A stretch of 64,000 bases of DNA from Candidatus Micrarchaeota archaeon CG1_02_51_15 (GTDB lineage: Archaea > Micrarchaeota > Micrarchaeia > Norongarragalinales > UBA8480), in NCBI GenBank assembly GCA_001871495.1, contig MNVG01000007.1, positions 4,322 through 68,321 of the forward strand, written 5' to 3'. A program made the position numbers and the translations under genes. Below the pieces are notes generated by a model, which made no database searches, was not told the DNA's origin, and saw only the letters and a program-made list of their open reading frames with translations. Shown piece by piece: positions 47,263 to 56,844 of the stretch (position 1 is the first letter of the stretch; every line of letters begins with the position of its first letter).

Positions 47263-48288
47263 CTAACCAACTATTACGTCCAGCACTACTTCGTCTTCGA
47301 ACGGAGAATAATGTAAGACCGCGCGTTTGCTGATTATTCTACATTTTCGTCCCGCTTTTGCGCAAGCGGCGCGCACAAGCGACGAAGGCTTGCTAAAGGC
47401 ATCGAGCGTGTTTCTTTCGACATCCCTCCTTTGTCCAAAAGAATAGAAATGAACCACGCCCCCTCGCTTGAGCACCGCCAGCGCGCCGTCAAGGAATTCA
47501 TGGGCCGAATGAGGCAACGGCATTACCACTCGGTCGAACGCGCCGCAGTTGACGGGTTTTGCACAGAATTTTGCAGCGTCGGCGCGCACGGCTTTCACGC
47601 GACCGATAACCTTGTTTGCTTCAATATTTTTTTCAAGAAACGGAATTGCGTTCGGATTGAGTTCGACTGCCACGAAATGCGCAAGCGGCTGTTTTTTGGA
47701 ACCTATTATGGCAAAGGGACCGACACCTGCGAACAGCACGAGCACGCGCTCGCCTTCTTTGACCTGCACGGCAATGCGTTCGCGTTCGAATGAAAGACGG
47801 GAAGAAAAGTAAACCAATGCAGGGTCTACTGCAAACGAACAGCCGCTCTCACGGTGCACTGTTTCCGTGTCCCTGCGGCCTACGAGTACGCGCAGGCGGC
47901 GTACTCGGTACTTGCCGCTAAAAGCGCTCTTAAGCGCGACGCAACAGATGCGGGGATTGGTTTCAAGCAATATGCGCGCAGCTTCACCTGCCTTTCCAAT
48001 AGATTCCGCATCGATTAGCGCAACATCGCCTATTAGGTCAAAAGGAAATTCCAGAGCAGTTGGCTTGGACTTGTTTGGCTGAAAGCGGGCGCGAGTTATT
48101 TCGTGTTCGAATGGAAGGACCACAGACGCATCGCGGGAGATGGGAAACAGGATGAATTCTTTTTTCTTCAAAGGAGCGTATTCGTGCGAAAGGACGTTTT
48201 CACTAAGGAGAAACCGTTTGGCCCGCTCTGCGTCTTTAAGCCTGACTTTAACTGCTTTCAAAACGCGTTTGGCAACCGGATTCATCAT
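47263..48288 (-). CDS. trm5: tRNA (guanine37-N1)-methyltransferase Trm5 (Trm5/TYW2-Taw2 family)
   Basis: Class I MTase with LVLFAGVGPFAI and VELNPNA (Trm5/TYW2 motifs). About 340 aa from the internal Met. The basic 47-aa N-terminal extension in the ORF track is probably not translated. Confidence 0.7.
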   Translation of the reverse strand: MMNPVAKRVLKAVKVRLKDAERAKRFLLSENVLSHEYAPLKKKEFILFPISRDASVVLPFEHEITRARFQPNKSKPTALEFPFDLIGDVALIDAESIGKAGEAARILLETNPRICCVALKSAFSGKYRVRRLRVLVGRRDTETVHRESGCSFAVDPALVYFSSRLSFERERIAVQVKEGERVLVLFAGVGPFAIIGSKKQPLAHFVAVELNPNAIPFLEKNIEANKVIGRVKAVRADAAKFCAKPVNCGAFDRVVMPLPHSAHEFLDGALAVLKRGGVVHFYSFGQRRDVERNTLDAFSKPSSLVRAACAKAGRKCRIISKRAVLHYSPFEDEVVLDVIVG

Positions 48289-48320
48289 TGTTTTAAAACT
48301 TTGGCTGCTTAAAGGTTTTT

Positions 48321-49175
48321 GTGGACTTTTCTTCTTTTTTGGATAGTTATTTCTTAGAGCCATTGCGCAGGCCCGGAGAAGCCGCGCCTTACAATTGGGC
48401 GAATACGCTAGCGTACGCAGTTGCCGCATTGGTTGCTACTTTTGCAATATTCAAGGGCTTGCAACGGCTCAAAATAAAAATAGACGGAAAATTTTTTGCG
48501 GCAATACTGCCGTTCGTGTTATTCGGCAGTGCACTGCGAGTTGCCCAGGACGCAGGAACGTTGCCGCGCGCAGTCGATTTTTTCGGGCTCGAACTTTTTC
48601 CATTCGTGACTCCCGGGATTTATTTGATTACTTTTGGGCTGGTCGCACTGTCTATTGACGCGGCGCTTGCTGTTGAAAAAAAAACAGGCATTCCGTTATG
48701 GAAGACAGTCGGAGGAATCGGCTTGATTCTAGCGTTAGGCGCCTTGCTTCCCGCATTGGGGATTGCCAAGTATTGGTTGCACGGCTTGCTGGCTCTGCTT
48801 ATGGGCTGTAGCGGCATATTGTTGTTCAAACTGGCTGCAGTAGCGTTCAAGCACAGGACGGAATGGATGGAACACGCGGCGGTTTTCGGCCAATGTTTTG
48901 ACGGCGCGGCAACGTTTGTTGGAATTGGAATAGGCACGCCTTCGGCACAGTATTTCGAACAGCACGCTGTAGGCGGCACCTTGATTGAAGCAGCGGGTCC
49001 GCTGGCATTCTATGCACTTAAGGTAGTGTTCGCGCTGGCAGCGGTTACGATTGTGCGAAACGAGTTCATTAAAAAAGAGGACGCCGAAAAGAAGACTTAT
49101 GTACTGTTGCTGCTTACTATCTTCGGCTTGGCGCCTGGAGCACGCGACGTCCTTAGGATAATGGCAGGAGTTTGA
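48321..49175 (+). CDS. polytopic integral membrane protein (archaeal DUF63-like)
   Basis: 284 aa with seven or more TM helices. Its stop overlaps the start of the next gene (ATGA). Confidence 0.5.
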   Translation: MDFSSFLDSYFLEPLRRPGEAAPYNWANTLAYAVAALVATFAIFKGLQRLKIKIDGKFFAAILPFVLFGSALRVAQDAGTLPRAVDFFGLELFPFVTPGIYLITFGLVALSIDAALAVEKKTGIPLWKTVGGIGLILALGALLPALGIAKYWLHGLLALLMGCSGILLFKLAAVAFKHRTEWMEHAAVFGQCFDGAATFVGIGIGTPSAQYFEQHAVGGTLIEAAGPLAFYALKVVFALAAVTIVRNEFIKKEDAEKKTYVLLLLTIFGLAPGARDVLRIMAGV

Positions 49176-50131
49176 TTATAACGGCAATCGATTTTCGCGA
49201 AAACCAACCCCTTGAACTGCTCACGGCACTTCACGGCCGTGGGGAAATTCCATTCAAGATGGAATACCTTGGAGAAGGCGCAGATGCTTGGAATAAATTG
49301 GCCGAAGCCGAGGAATTCGACATTGCGCACGGCGAATACAAGCTGTTGAATGAGTCGGTTAAAAAGCTTTTTTCAAAACTAGGACGAAACAAAGTCAACT
49401 TGCTTTACCTCGGTTGCGGCACCTGCTTTAAGGCAGTTCCATTGGTTAAAGCAGCTGCAAAAACCCATTCGCCAGTAAACCTTTGTCTATTAGACATCAG
49501 CCCGACAATGCTGGAAATAGGGAAGAAAAACATACAACAGAAAATAAAACGCAATTTGTTGGTTGAAACATCGTTGTTTGACTTCGAAGGCGGAAATTTT
49601 GCGCACATAACCAGTTCGTTACGGAAGAGGTTTTACCGCAACAACCTGCTTTTCATATTGGGGAATACGTTCGGAAACCTTTCCGACCGGGCACGCATAC
49701 TCATAAACTTTCGCGAAAGCATGACTGCTACAGACTACCTGCTAATAGGAGTGGAACTGGCGCCAAGCACTACCGTTGAAAAGGAAAATATGTTACGACG
49801 TTACCGCGGCGAAGGCGTGCTCAACGTGTTCTTCAATATTCTAAAAAGTCTGGGCGTAAGCCGCAACTCGGGAAAATTCATCGTAAATTATAATACAGTA
49901 AAAAGCCAGGTGGAATGGCGTTTCGAACTTTATAAAGACGCCGCCGTAAGACTGGGTGGAGAGTGGGTCGAATTACGCAAAGGCCAGAAGATATTTCTTG
50001 GAATGTCGCACAAGTTTACGCCGGCCGAATTAAAGAAGCTATTTAGATACGCCGGATTCCGCACGTTATTGTGCATAACCAACCCTGAAAAGAGATATAC
50101 CTTGATAATGGGACAGCCCAAGGGAATGTGA
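49172..50131 (+). CDS. EgtD-like (Methyltransf_33) SAM-dependent methyltransferase
   Basis: KMEYLGEGADAWNKL...EYKLL N-terminal motif. LLYLGCGTCFK motif I. LLDIS. LLFILGNTFGNL near the C-terminal region, matching the EgtD family pattern. 319 aa. Confidence 0.6.
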   Translation: MIITAIDFRENQPLELLTALHGRGEIPFKMEYLGEGADAWNKLAEAEEFDIAHGEYKLLNESVKKLFSKLGRNKVNLLYLGCGTCFKAVPLVKAAAKTHSPVNLCLLDISPTMLEIGKKNIQQKIKRNLLVETSLFDFEGGNFAHITSSLRKRFYRNNLLFILGNTFGNLSDRARILINFRESMTATDYLLIGVELAPSTTVEKENMLRRYRGEGVLNVFFNILKSLGVSRNSGKFIVNYNTVKSQVEWRFELYKDAAVRLGGEWVELRKGQKIFLGMSHKFTPAELKKLFRYAGFRTLLCITNPEKRYTLIMGQPKGM

Positions 50132-50138
50132 GCCGACT

Positions 50139-51098
50139 TTAAGAAAACAACAGACGTTGCCTTGCAGCTTCAGCATCGCGGCATAATAGTACTACCCGCG
50201 AAGGAATGTGTTCGACAGAATACAAATATCCGGTTTGACTCGCGAGTTCCGCTGCAAATACGGTTATTTCTTGATGTGAAGGCATTGCCTGCACGCCCAA
50301 CCGCTCGCGGCTTGAACCAAGCGCCATCCATGCTTTTACTTCACAGTAATCACAGCCACTGGCCTTGATTATTTCAGAGTATTCTTTAGCGCGGCCAAAA
50401 TTGAATCCCTTTGCCAAGGTCATGCGCAGTACAGTACGGGTTTGTCCTTGCAACCTCTTCATTTCCGCAATTGACTCCAAAAACGCGAGCCATGCACTGG
50501 AAGAGAGGTTTCCGCTGGCTTTGGCAAATGACGCCGCATCCCACGCGTTCAGCGAGAGATATAACTGGGTTGGCAACGCGTGCTCTTCTTTCAAAAGCCG
50601 CAGTACTTCAGGATGCAAGCCGTTTGAAACCACGAAGGAAGTCATTTTTCGATCCCGTATTTCCTTAATTAGTTCCGAAAGACGAGGATAAAGAGTCGGC
50701 TCACCCATCAACGAAATGGCGACGTGCAGGGGTGCCTGCGCTTCTTCGAGCCGAGATACGTCGGCTTTTGGGTTGCCTGCAAACCCGTTGAGCAAATGCC
50801 GTTGGGCCTCGATTGCCGAATCGATTATTTCCGAAGGGGAGTCGGCAGCGCCTTGCCAGGTTTTGCCTAAGAACGAGGTTTCACGCCAGCAGTGGGGACA
50901 GGAATTATCGCAATACATTCCGGCTGCAAGTTGAAGACACCGCCAACTCCTTATTCCATAGAAAGCGTGTTTGTAACACTCGCCTCCGCCAATAAGCGCT
51001 TTCTTGGTCCAAGCGCATACCTTTATTGCAGCATGTTTCGACGGCCCGACAAAGAAATAGCCTGCGCGCATCATTTGCCCTGCTTGTAAAGAATCCAT
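50139..51098 (-). CDS. taw1: tRNA 4-demethylwyosine synthase Taw1 (TYW1, radical SAM)
   Basis: KVCAWTKKAL, GGECYKHAFYGIRSWRC and radical SAM YCDNSCPHCWR all follow the archaeal Taw1 pattern. 319 aa. Confidence 0.8.
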   Translation of the reverse strand: MDSLQAGQMMRAGYFFVGPSKHAAIKVCAWTKKALIGGGECYKHAFYGIRSWRCLQLAAGMYCDNSCPHCWRETSFLGKTWQGAADSPSEIIDSAIEAQRHLLNGFAGNPKADVSRLEEAQAPLHVAISLMGEPTLYPRLSELIKEIRDRKMTSFVVSNGLHPEVLRLLKEEHALPTQLYLSLNAWDAASFAKASGNLSSSAWLAFLESIAEMKRLQGQTRTVLRMTLAKGFNFGRAKEYSEIIKASGCDYCEVKAWMALGSSRERLGVQAMPSHQEITVFAAELASQTGYLYSVEHIPSRVVLLCRDAEAARQRLLFS

Positions 51099-51156
51099 GG
51101 GCTAATTGTGGAAACGAAGCAATAAAGCCGTTTCTTACGGCCCCCCTAAAGAGGCG

Positions 51157-51405
51157 TTACTGCTGACCTGGTTGTGAAGGAGCCTGGCCAACGGGAATTT
51201 CTACGAACCTTACGCTTTCTCCATCAGCGGTGTAAATCACGCGAATTACGCCCGAAACCAGTTGAGAGTCGTTAAGTTTGTCCATAAAAGCAAGCGTAGT
51301 GTCTTCTTTTACGCCTACAGCCCCTTCAAACACTGCGTCAACCGGGTTAAACCCCTGTTTTTTGAGAGCGTCTATTATCTTGAGAACCTCGTCTTTAATC
51401 TTCAT
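51157..51405 (-). CDS. hypothetical small protein (82 aa)
   Basis: ORF only. Alpha/beta composition. Confidence 0.35.
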   Translation of the reverse strand: MKIKDEVLKIIDALKKQGFNPVDAVFEGAVGVKEDTTLAFMDKLNDSQLVSGVIRVIYTADGESVRFVEIPVGQAPSQPGQQ

Positions 51406-51530
51406 TTAACATCACCTATTGAAAAAGAGAACGCAACCTTGTTATTTAAACGTGCGCAAAAGGCAGATTACGAAGGTTATTTAAAGAAAACGGCACTTGA
51501 AATAAACGGGGGCACAGTCTCAAAAAGAAG

Positions 51531-51821
51531 GTGAAAACAATGGTTAAATTCGCAATAGCAAAGCAAATGGCTGGAAAGAGAATTATAACAACAGACGGCG
51601 AGGAACTCGGCCGCATAATCGACTTGTACGTAAACGAACTTACCGGCAAGATCGAGAGCGTAGTAGTCGAACCCAACCCCGAATCCAGCCTTGCAACCAG
51701 GGCCAAAAAAGACGGCAGCGGAGTAGTCAGCCTGCCTTACTCAAGCGTCTTGGACGTAAAAGACGTGATGGTAATGGACCGCCGCGGACTTTCGTCCGAA
51801 AGCTCATCATCGCCGTTCTGA
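51531..51821 (+). CDS. PRC-barrel domain protein
   Basis: MAGKRIITTDGEELGRIIDLYVNELTGKI matches the PRC-barrel consensus. Confidence 0.6.
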   Translation: MKTMVKFAIAKQMAGKRIITTDGEELGRIIDLYVNELTGKIESVVVEPNPESSLATRAKKDGSGVVSLPYSSVLDVKDVMVMDRRGLSSESSSSPF

Positions 51822-51896
51822 AAAAACGTCGCAAGGCAATACTTACTCCCTAGCCCTATAACTTAGTCTTATTCATATTACGTAGCTCCCCTTGCG

Positions 51897-52973
51897 CTAT
51901 TGTATTTCGGTAACAATCCTGCCTTTGATTATTTCCAAACCAAGTTCCCGCGCTATTTCAGCGTCGGTTTTCTTACGTTGCTTCATTTGAGCAAACGAGT
52001 CCAGCAAGGCCTGCACTTGAACGAGGCTTGCTTCCATTACAGCTGCCGTTTCCCTTAACTTTGCTTCTTCTGCCTTTCCGTCTTCAAGTACCCGCGCTTG
52101 CTGTTCAAGAGCTTTCTTGAGCCCAGCTATTTCAGCGTCTTTGCGGCTTGTTTTACGAACCCGTGAAACTTTGGAGAAGTATTCTTCCAGCGCCTCCGAA
52201 AACGAGCTTAACTCCTTGACTTCCGCGTTCTGCAACCGCATTTTTTGCAAGAGTATCGGAGCAAATGCAATTGGCTTGCCTTCGTTATAATAGACTGAAA
52301 AAAAAGGTTCGTTCAATGCCTTAAGTTCAGATTCAAGTTTGCGCACTTCCGGTTGCGAAAGTTTTTTGGAATCAAAAGAAATCCCCGCACGCAGGCAGGC
52401 TTCTTCAAGGTAAAAAGGAGATAAGTTGATTTTCTTCGAAAGCGCGGGAATTATTTTTCCGTCCAAACCGGCCAAGTCGGTTCCGTCAATATCGCTAGGA
52501 TTTTTCTTGCCCGAAGGAGGAAGGACATACTCTTGACCTATCTTAAGCGAACGCGCCGCAAACTGTTCAACACGATATACTCCGAGAATAGAGCCCGTTC
52601 CCGAGCACAACAACGCGTTTCCTTTTCCAAGCATTTCAAAAACAAGCGAGTACTCGCCGCCGGCAGTTGAAAACGCGATTGACATCACGCGGTCGAAGTT
52701 AAGCTGCTTAACCCCTTTCACAATTGCGTTGGCCAGCTTCCTTCGCAGCAATGTTGCAAAATGCGAAGGGGAATCAGGAGGCTCTTCGAGTTTGGACGCC
52801 AAATAAGCACCCCAACCTAGTTCCACTAAAAGGTTGATTTCCCCTTTCTTGTGGAACTTAAAACGCAGCACGCCAGGCCGCAGTTCATATACTTTGTTGA
52901 GGAATGCGCCGACTAACGCCGCGTCCAATTCCCGCGCAATGAACCCGTAATCCAAGTTGCTCATAGTTTGCAT
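51897..52973 (-). CDS. NFACT-N domain protein (RqcH/NEMF/FbpA-like, short form)
   Basis: MSNLDYGFIARELDAALVGAFLNKVYEL NFACT-N start, GKGNALLC, and a C-terminal coiled coil. 358 aa. Lacks the NFACT-R/C part. Confidence 0.5.
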   Translation of the reverse strand: MQTMSNLDYGFIARELDAALVGAFLNKVYELRPGVLRFKFHKKGEINLLVELGWGAYLASKLEEPPDSPSHFATLLRRKLANAIVKGVKQLNFDRVMSIAFSTAGGEYSLVFEMLGKGNALLCSGTGSILGVYRVEQFAARSLKIGQEYVLPPSGKKNPSDIDGTDLAGLDGKIIPALSKKINLSPFYLEEACLRAGISFDSKKLSQPEVRKLESELKALNEPFFSVYYNEGKPIAFAPILLQKMRLQNAEVKELSSFSEALEEYFSKVSRVRKTSRKDAEIAGLKKALEQQARVLEDGKAEEAKLRETAAVMEASLVQVQALLDSFAQMKQRKKTDAEIARELGLEIIKGRIVTEIQ

Positions 52974-53086
52974 GGCTTCTTCCCGACTTTATTGTCGGAG
53001 TCTGCGTTTAAAGCGCTTCGCAAGCGGCCTGTTTTTTACAACTTGTTTTTATTAACCGCCGCCGTTGTAGTATACCACCCTGCTCG

Positions 53087-53809
53087 GTGAAAACATTGAC
53101 GCCTAGAATAAAACGCAAGACCGTACTCGAACTGGAACACGCCAGCAAATGCTATTTCCTAGGAGAAACCACGTGCAGCGCGTTGGATAACATAAACCTG
53201 AAAATAAGCGCAGGCGAAGCAATACTGATAATAGGCCCTTCAGGAAGCGGCAAGAGCACCATGCTGCACTTGCTAGGTTGCTTGGACAAGCCGTCTAAAG
53301 GAAAGGTGTTCCTCGACGGTGCGGACATTATGGAAATGAGCGAAGAAGAACTGACCCGCGCACGGGGAAAGAAAATAGGCTTCATATTCCAATTCTTTTT
53401 CCTCATACCCACTTTGAACGCGGTTGAAAACGTGGAACTGCCCATGATATTCGACGGAGCCACTGCAGAAGAAAGACGCGAACGTGCAATAAACCTGCTT
53501 AAAAAAGTAGGGTTAGGAGAACGCCTGTGGCACGTTCCCTCGCAGTTAAGCGGCGGCCAGCGCCAAAGAGTAGCAATTGCCCGCGCGTTGGCAAACGACC
53601 CTTTGATAATATTGGCAGACGAACCAACAGGCAACCTGGATTCCAAGTCCGGCGCCGAAATACTCAAGCTGTTTGAAGAGCTTCACAAAAAAGAAGGCCG
53701 GACCATAATAATCGTAACCCACGACCCCGGGCTCTTAAAGCACACTCAGAGGGTAGTGGAAATAAAGGACGGAAAAATAGAAAGCAATAAACAGGTGGTT
53801 AAAAAATGA
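53087..53809 (+). CDS. ABC transporter ATP-binding protein (MacB/LolD-like)
   Basis: Walker A GPSGSGKST, Q-loop, signature LSGGQRQRVAIARAL, Walker B ILADEPTGNLD, H-loop. Confidence 0.9.
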   Translation: MKTLTPRIKRKTVLELEHASKCYFLGETTCSALDNINLKISAGEAILIIGPSGSGKSTMLHLLGCLDKPSKGKVFLDGADIMEMSEEELTRARGKKIGFIFQFFFLIPTLNAVENVELPMIFDGATAEERRERAINLLKKVGLGERLWHVPSQLSGGQRQRVAIARALANDPLIILADEPTGNLDSKSGAEILKLFEELHKKEGRTIIIVTHDPGLLKHTQRVVEIKDGKIESNKQVVKK

Positions 53810-55362
53810 ATGGAAAACTATTGAACGTGGTTACGCTCGCGCTAGCAATCCTGCTTACAATAGGAGTATGCAACGCATTGACGCTGCAAAGCCATTCTTT
53901 TTCTCCGTCCACACTCAAGCCGGGAACAACTGGAAGCATCAACATAGTAATACAAAACGCGGGAACTGAATACATTTCTTCAGCCACTTTAAGCGCAATC
54001 GGAACCGGCCTCGCCTTCTCAGGCAGTACAGTAATAGGCGATATCGGAAGCAGCGGAAGCACCAGCATAGCAGTTCCCTTTGTAGTAAAAAGCGGGGCTA
54101 AAACAGGTTCGTACGCAACATCAATAACAATAGCGTACACTTCAAACGCGTACTCTTCAAGCACAAACGGGGCATCGCGGTACATCACATTCTCAGTGCC
54201 CTACACGATCAGTTCAACTACCGGACTCGAAATGACCACCTTAAGCGTTTCGCCCACGACCGTATCGCCCGGAGACCGCCTTACAATCAGGGTAAAAATA
54301 CGTAATACAGGCGGAAAAGTCCGCTCACTTTCGATAGTTCCAAACGGCGACTTCGCTTTGGCAGGCGTATCGCAGTTGCAGATAGCTGAATTAAGCGAAG
54401 GACAGGAAATCGAACAGGATATTCCGTTGATTGCCTCAACAACCCTCGCAACAGGCTTGCAAAGCGTTTCACTTGCACTGACTTACGAAGATGCTTCAAG
54501 CACTGAAAAAACAGAATCATTTTCCTTAGGCCCTATTGCAATTTCGGAAAAAACACCTTCACTGATGATGACTGTTTTCGCCCCGAACGCCAGCCCGGGA
54601 AGCAGGACGACAATAACCGTAAAAGTAACCAACGCAGGCGAAAGAATGCTTGAAAACACCCGCATTTCCCTCCAGACTTCTGCGTTTTTCGTGCCCCTAG
54701 AATACAGCGAAAAAACGGTAGGAAACCTTGCAGCGAGAGAAAGCAAGGACGCAACCTTCCTAATCGGAATAAGCCCATCTTCAAACCCCGCATACTACGC
54801 CCTCTCATTCCTAGCCTCATATGACGCAGGCAAGGGAACCGAAACCGAGACCAAAATACTTGGAATAGACGTGCACGGCAATACCGAACTGGAATTAGTG
54901 GCGTCAACAAACCCAACTCCCTTGCTTACTACAACCAAAAGCGGCTCGCTGTCAATCCAAGTGGCAAACCGCGGCGATGCAGTAGTACGAGCGCTTTCGG
55001 TTGCAGTTGACTCGCCAATCATCGAAGCAATAGACGCCCCGAGCAACTACATTGGAAACCTAGAAGTAGACGATTATAGCGCGTCCCAATTTGCAATAAT
55101 AACTAAGAACAACCTTTCGCCAGGCACTTATCCCGTCAGAGTTACTATAAAATACAAGGATTTCTTCAACACGCCTCGCGAGGAAACCAGCGAATTGCAA
55201 ATAACGGTCTTCACGCCAGAATCAGTAGCAAACACACAAAGCGGCGACAACACCGGCTGGACAGTTGCAATTTTGGTAATCGTCCTGGTAGCGGCGTATT
55301 GGGGATACCGTAAATTCTTTCACAAAAAGAAACACGGCACTCTGAACGCGTTGACCGAATGA
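53806..55362 (+). CDS. secreted beta-rich surface protein with C-terminal TM anchor (COG1361/DUF11-like)
   Basis: 518 aa. Signal peptide. Repeated T/S/G-rich beta modules. C-terminal TM GWTVAILVIVLVAAYWGY. Translationally coupled between the ABC ATPase and the permease. Confidence 0.55.
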   Translation: MNGKLLNVVTLALAILLTIGVCNALTLQSHSFSPSTLKPGTTGSINIVIQNAGTEYISSATLSAIGTGLAFSGSTVIGDIGSSGSTSIAVPFVVKSGAKTGSYATSITIAYTSNAYSSSTNGASRYITFSVPYTISSTTGLEMTTLSVSPTTVSPGDRLTIRVKIRNTGGKVRSLSIVPNGDFALAGVSQLQIAELSEGQEIEQDIPLIASTTLATGLQSVSLALTYEDASSTEKTESFSLGPIAISEKTPSLMMTVFAPNASPGSRTTITVKVTNAGERMLENTRISLQTSAFFVPLEYSEKTVGNLAARESKDATFLIGISPSSNPAYYALSFLASYDAGKGTETETKILGIDVHGNTELELVASTNPTPLLTTTKSGSLSIQVANRGDAVVRALSVAVDSPIIEAIDAPSNYIGNLEVDDYSASQFAIITKNNLSPGTYPVRVTIKYKDFFNTPREETSELQITVFTPESVANTQSGDNTGWTVAILVIVLVAAYWGYRKFFHKKKHGTLNALTE

Positions 55363-56585
55363 CAGTGAAAATAATGAACCACCTTGCGCTTGTAACCTAT
55401 GCACTGCACAACATGTCACACCGCCAGCTTCGCAGCTGGCTTACCGTGCTCGGAATAGTGATAGGTATAAGCGCAATAGTCCTTCTTATTGCGTTGGGCC
55501 AAGGAATAGACGCAAGCATACGCAATCAACTTGCAGTGCTGGGAAGCGACTACATAGTCGTGCTTCCCGGAAGCATTTCGATGGGCGGAGGCGGCGGATT
55601 CGGACCCCCCGTGCTCAAAGGAGCGCTTACCAACAACGACGTGAACGCCCTCGAGAGAGTGCCGGGAATAGACGCGGCAACCGGAATGATATCCCAATCG
55701 TTTGCGCCAATAAGATACCGCGGGGAAACCATTCAATTGACAGTAAGCGGATTGAAACCCAGCGCCGGCGAGAAGTACATGACTAACGGATTCTACGCCG
55801 GAAGAAACCTGAAAGACGGGGAAGCAACCGGCGTGATAATAGGATACAGTGTCGCTTATTCCTTGTTCAAGAAAAAAGTTGAAATTGGCAGCACAGTCAA
55901 CATTTTGGGAAAGGACTTCAAAGTAAAAGGAATCCTAAACAAAGTAGGGGCAGCAGGACAGGACATGGACAACGGAGTGTTCATAAACTTGGATGCAATG
56001 CGCGACATTCTAGGCGGCACTTACGAAAAAAACAGGGTCACTGCAATCCTATTGATAAAAGAAGCCGACGCAGACATGGCTCAAGTAACCAAAGACGTTG
56101 AAAAAACGCTTGCGAACCGCCATCATTTGAAAATAGAAGACAAGGACTTTACCCTCATTTCACCTTTGTCGGTTGCAGAAAGCATCAGGCAAATAACCGG
56201 AATGCTTTCATTGTTCTTAGGCGGAATCGCTACAATCTCGCTTTTAGTAGGCGGAATAGGGATAGCAAACGCGATGTTCACTTCAGTCCTAGAAAGGACG
56301 CGGGAAATAGGCGTGCTTAAATCAATAGGCGCAAGCAACTCGGCAATCCTGGAAATATTCATAATAGAAGCCGCGCTCACAGGAGCCCTCGGCGGAAGCC
56401 TGGGCATTGTTTTCGCACTCGTACTGGGCGCAATACTGATACAACTCGGAGTCCCAATAGTGTTTACCTTGGAACTCCTGGCCTTCGCAGTAAGTTTTGC
56501 GATAATAGTAGGCGTTGCATCCGGATTGTTTCCCGCGCGACAAGCGGCTGCGCTCGAACCAGTCGAAGCGCTCAAGTACGAATAA
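55359..56585 (+). CDS. ABC transporter permease, FtsX/MacB-like
   Basis: 408 aa. N-terminal TM, large extracytoplasmic domain, C-terminal FtsX-like three-TM bundle. Confidence 0.8.
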   Translation: MTVKIMNHLALVTYALHNMSHRQLRSWLTVLGIVIGISAIVLLIALGQGIDASIRNQLAVLGSDYIVVLPGSISMGGGGGFGPPVLKGALTNNDVNALERVPGIDAATGMISQSFAPIRYRGETIQLTVSGLKPSAGEKYMTNGFYAGRNLKDGEATGVIIGYSVAYSLFKKKVEIGSTVNILGKDFKVKGILNKVGAAGQDMDNGVFINLDAMRDILGGTYEKNRVTAILLIKEADADMAQVTKDVEKTLANRHHLKIEDKDFTLISPLSVAESIRQITGMLSLFLGGIATISLLVGGIGIANAMFTSVLERTREIGVLKSIGASNSAILEIFIIEAALTGALGGSLGIVFALVLGAILIQLGVPIVFTLELLAFAVSFAIIVGVASGLFPARQAAALEPVEALKYE

Positions 56586-56602
56586 CCTAATTTAAAAAAA
56601 AG

Positions 56603-56803
56603 TTAATTTATTGCTGCAACTCGAACAACCTGAAGAGGAATCACGCCTGCTTCGAGTTCCAAAAACGCAAGCCTGATTGGGCTACGCACTCCCTTAGGCA
56701 ATTTTATCAAAGTCGGCGCGCCCATTGCCAATTGCAATGCACGTGCTCCGATAATCCTTGCCTTCTCGTATTTGGACAGTTTTACTTCCACTTTTTTAGC
56801 CAT
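56603..56803 (-). CDS. rpoK: DNA-directed RNA polymerase subunit K (Rpo6)
   Basis: LSKYEKARIIGARALQLAMGAPTLIKLP matches RpoK/Rpb6. Probable start at MAKKVEV. Confidence 0.75.
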   Translation of the reverse strand: MAKKVEVKLSKYEKARIIGARALQLAMGAPTLIKLPKGVRSPIRLAFLELEAGVIPLQVVRVAAIN

Positions 56804-56844
56804 TACAAATAACCTCTTTTTTTCTAACAAACCATTGTTCAGAC

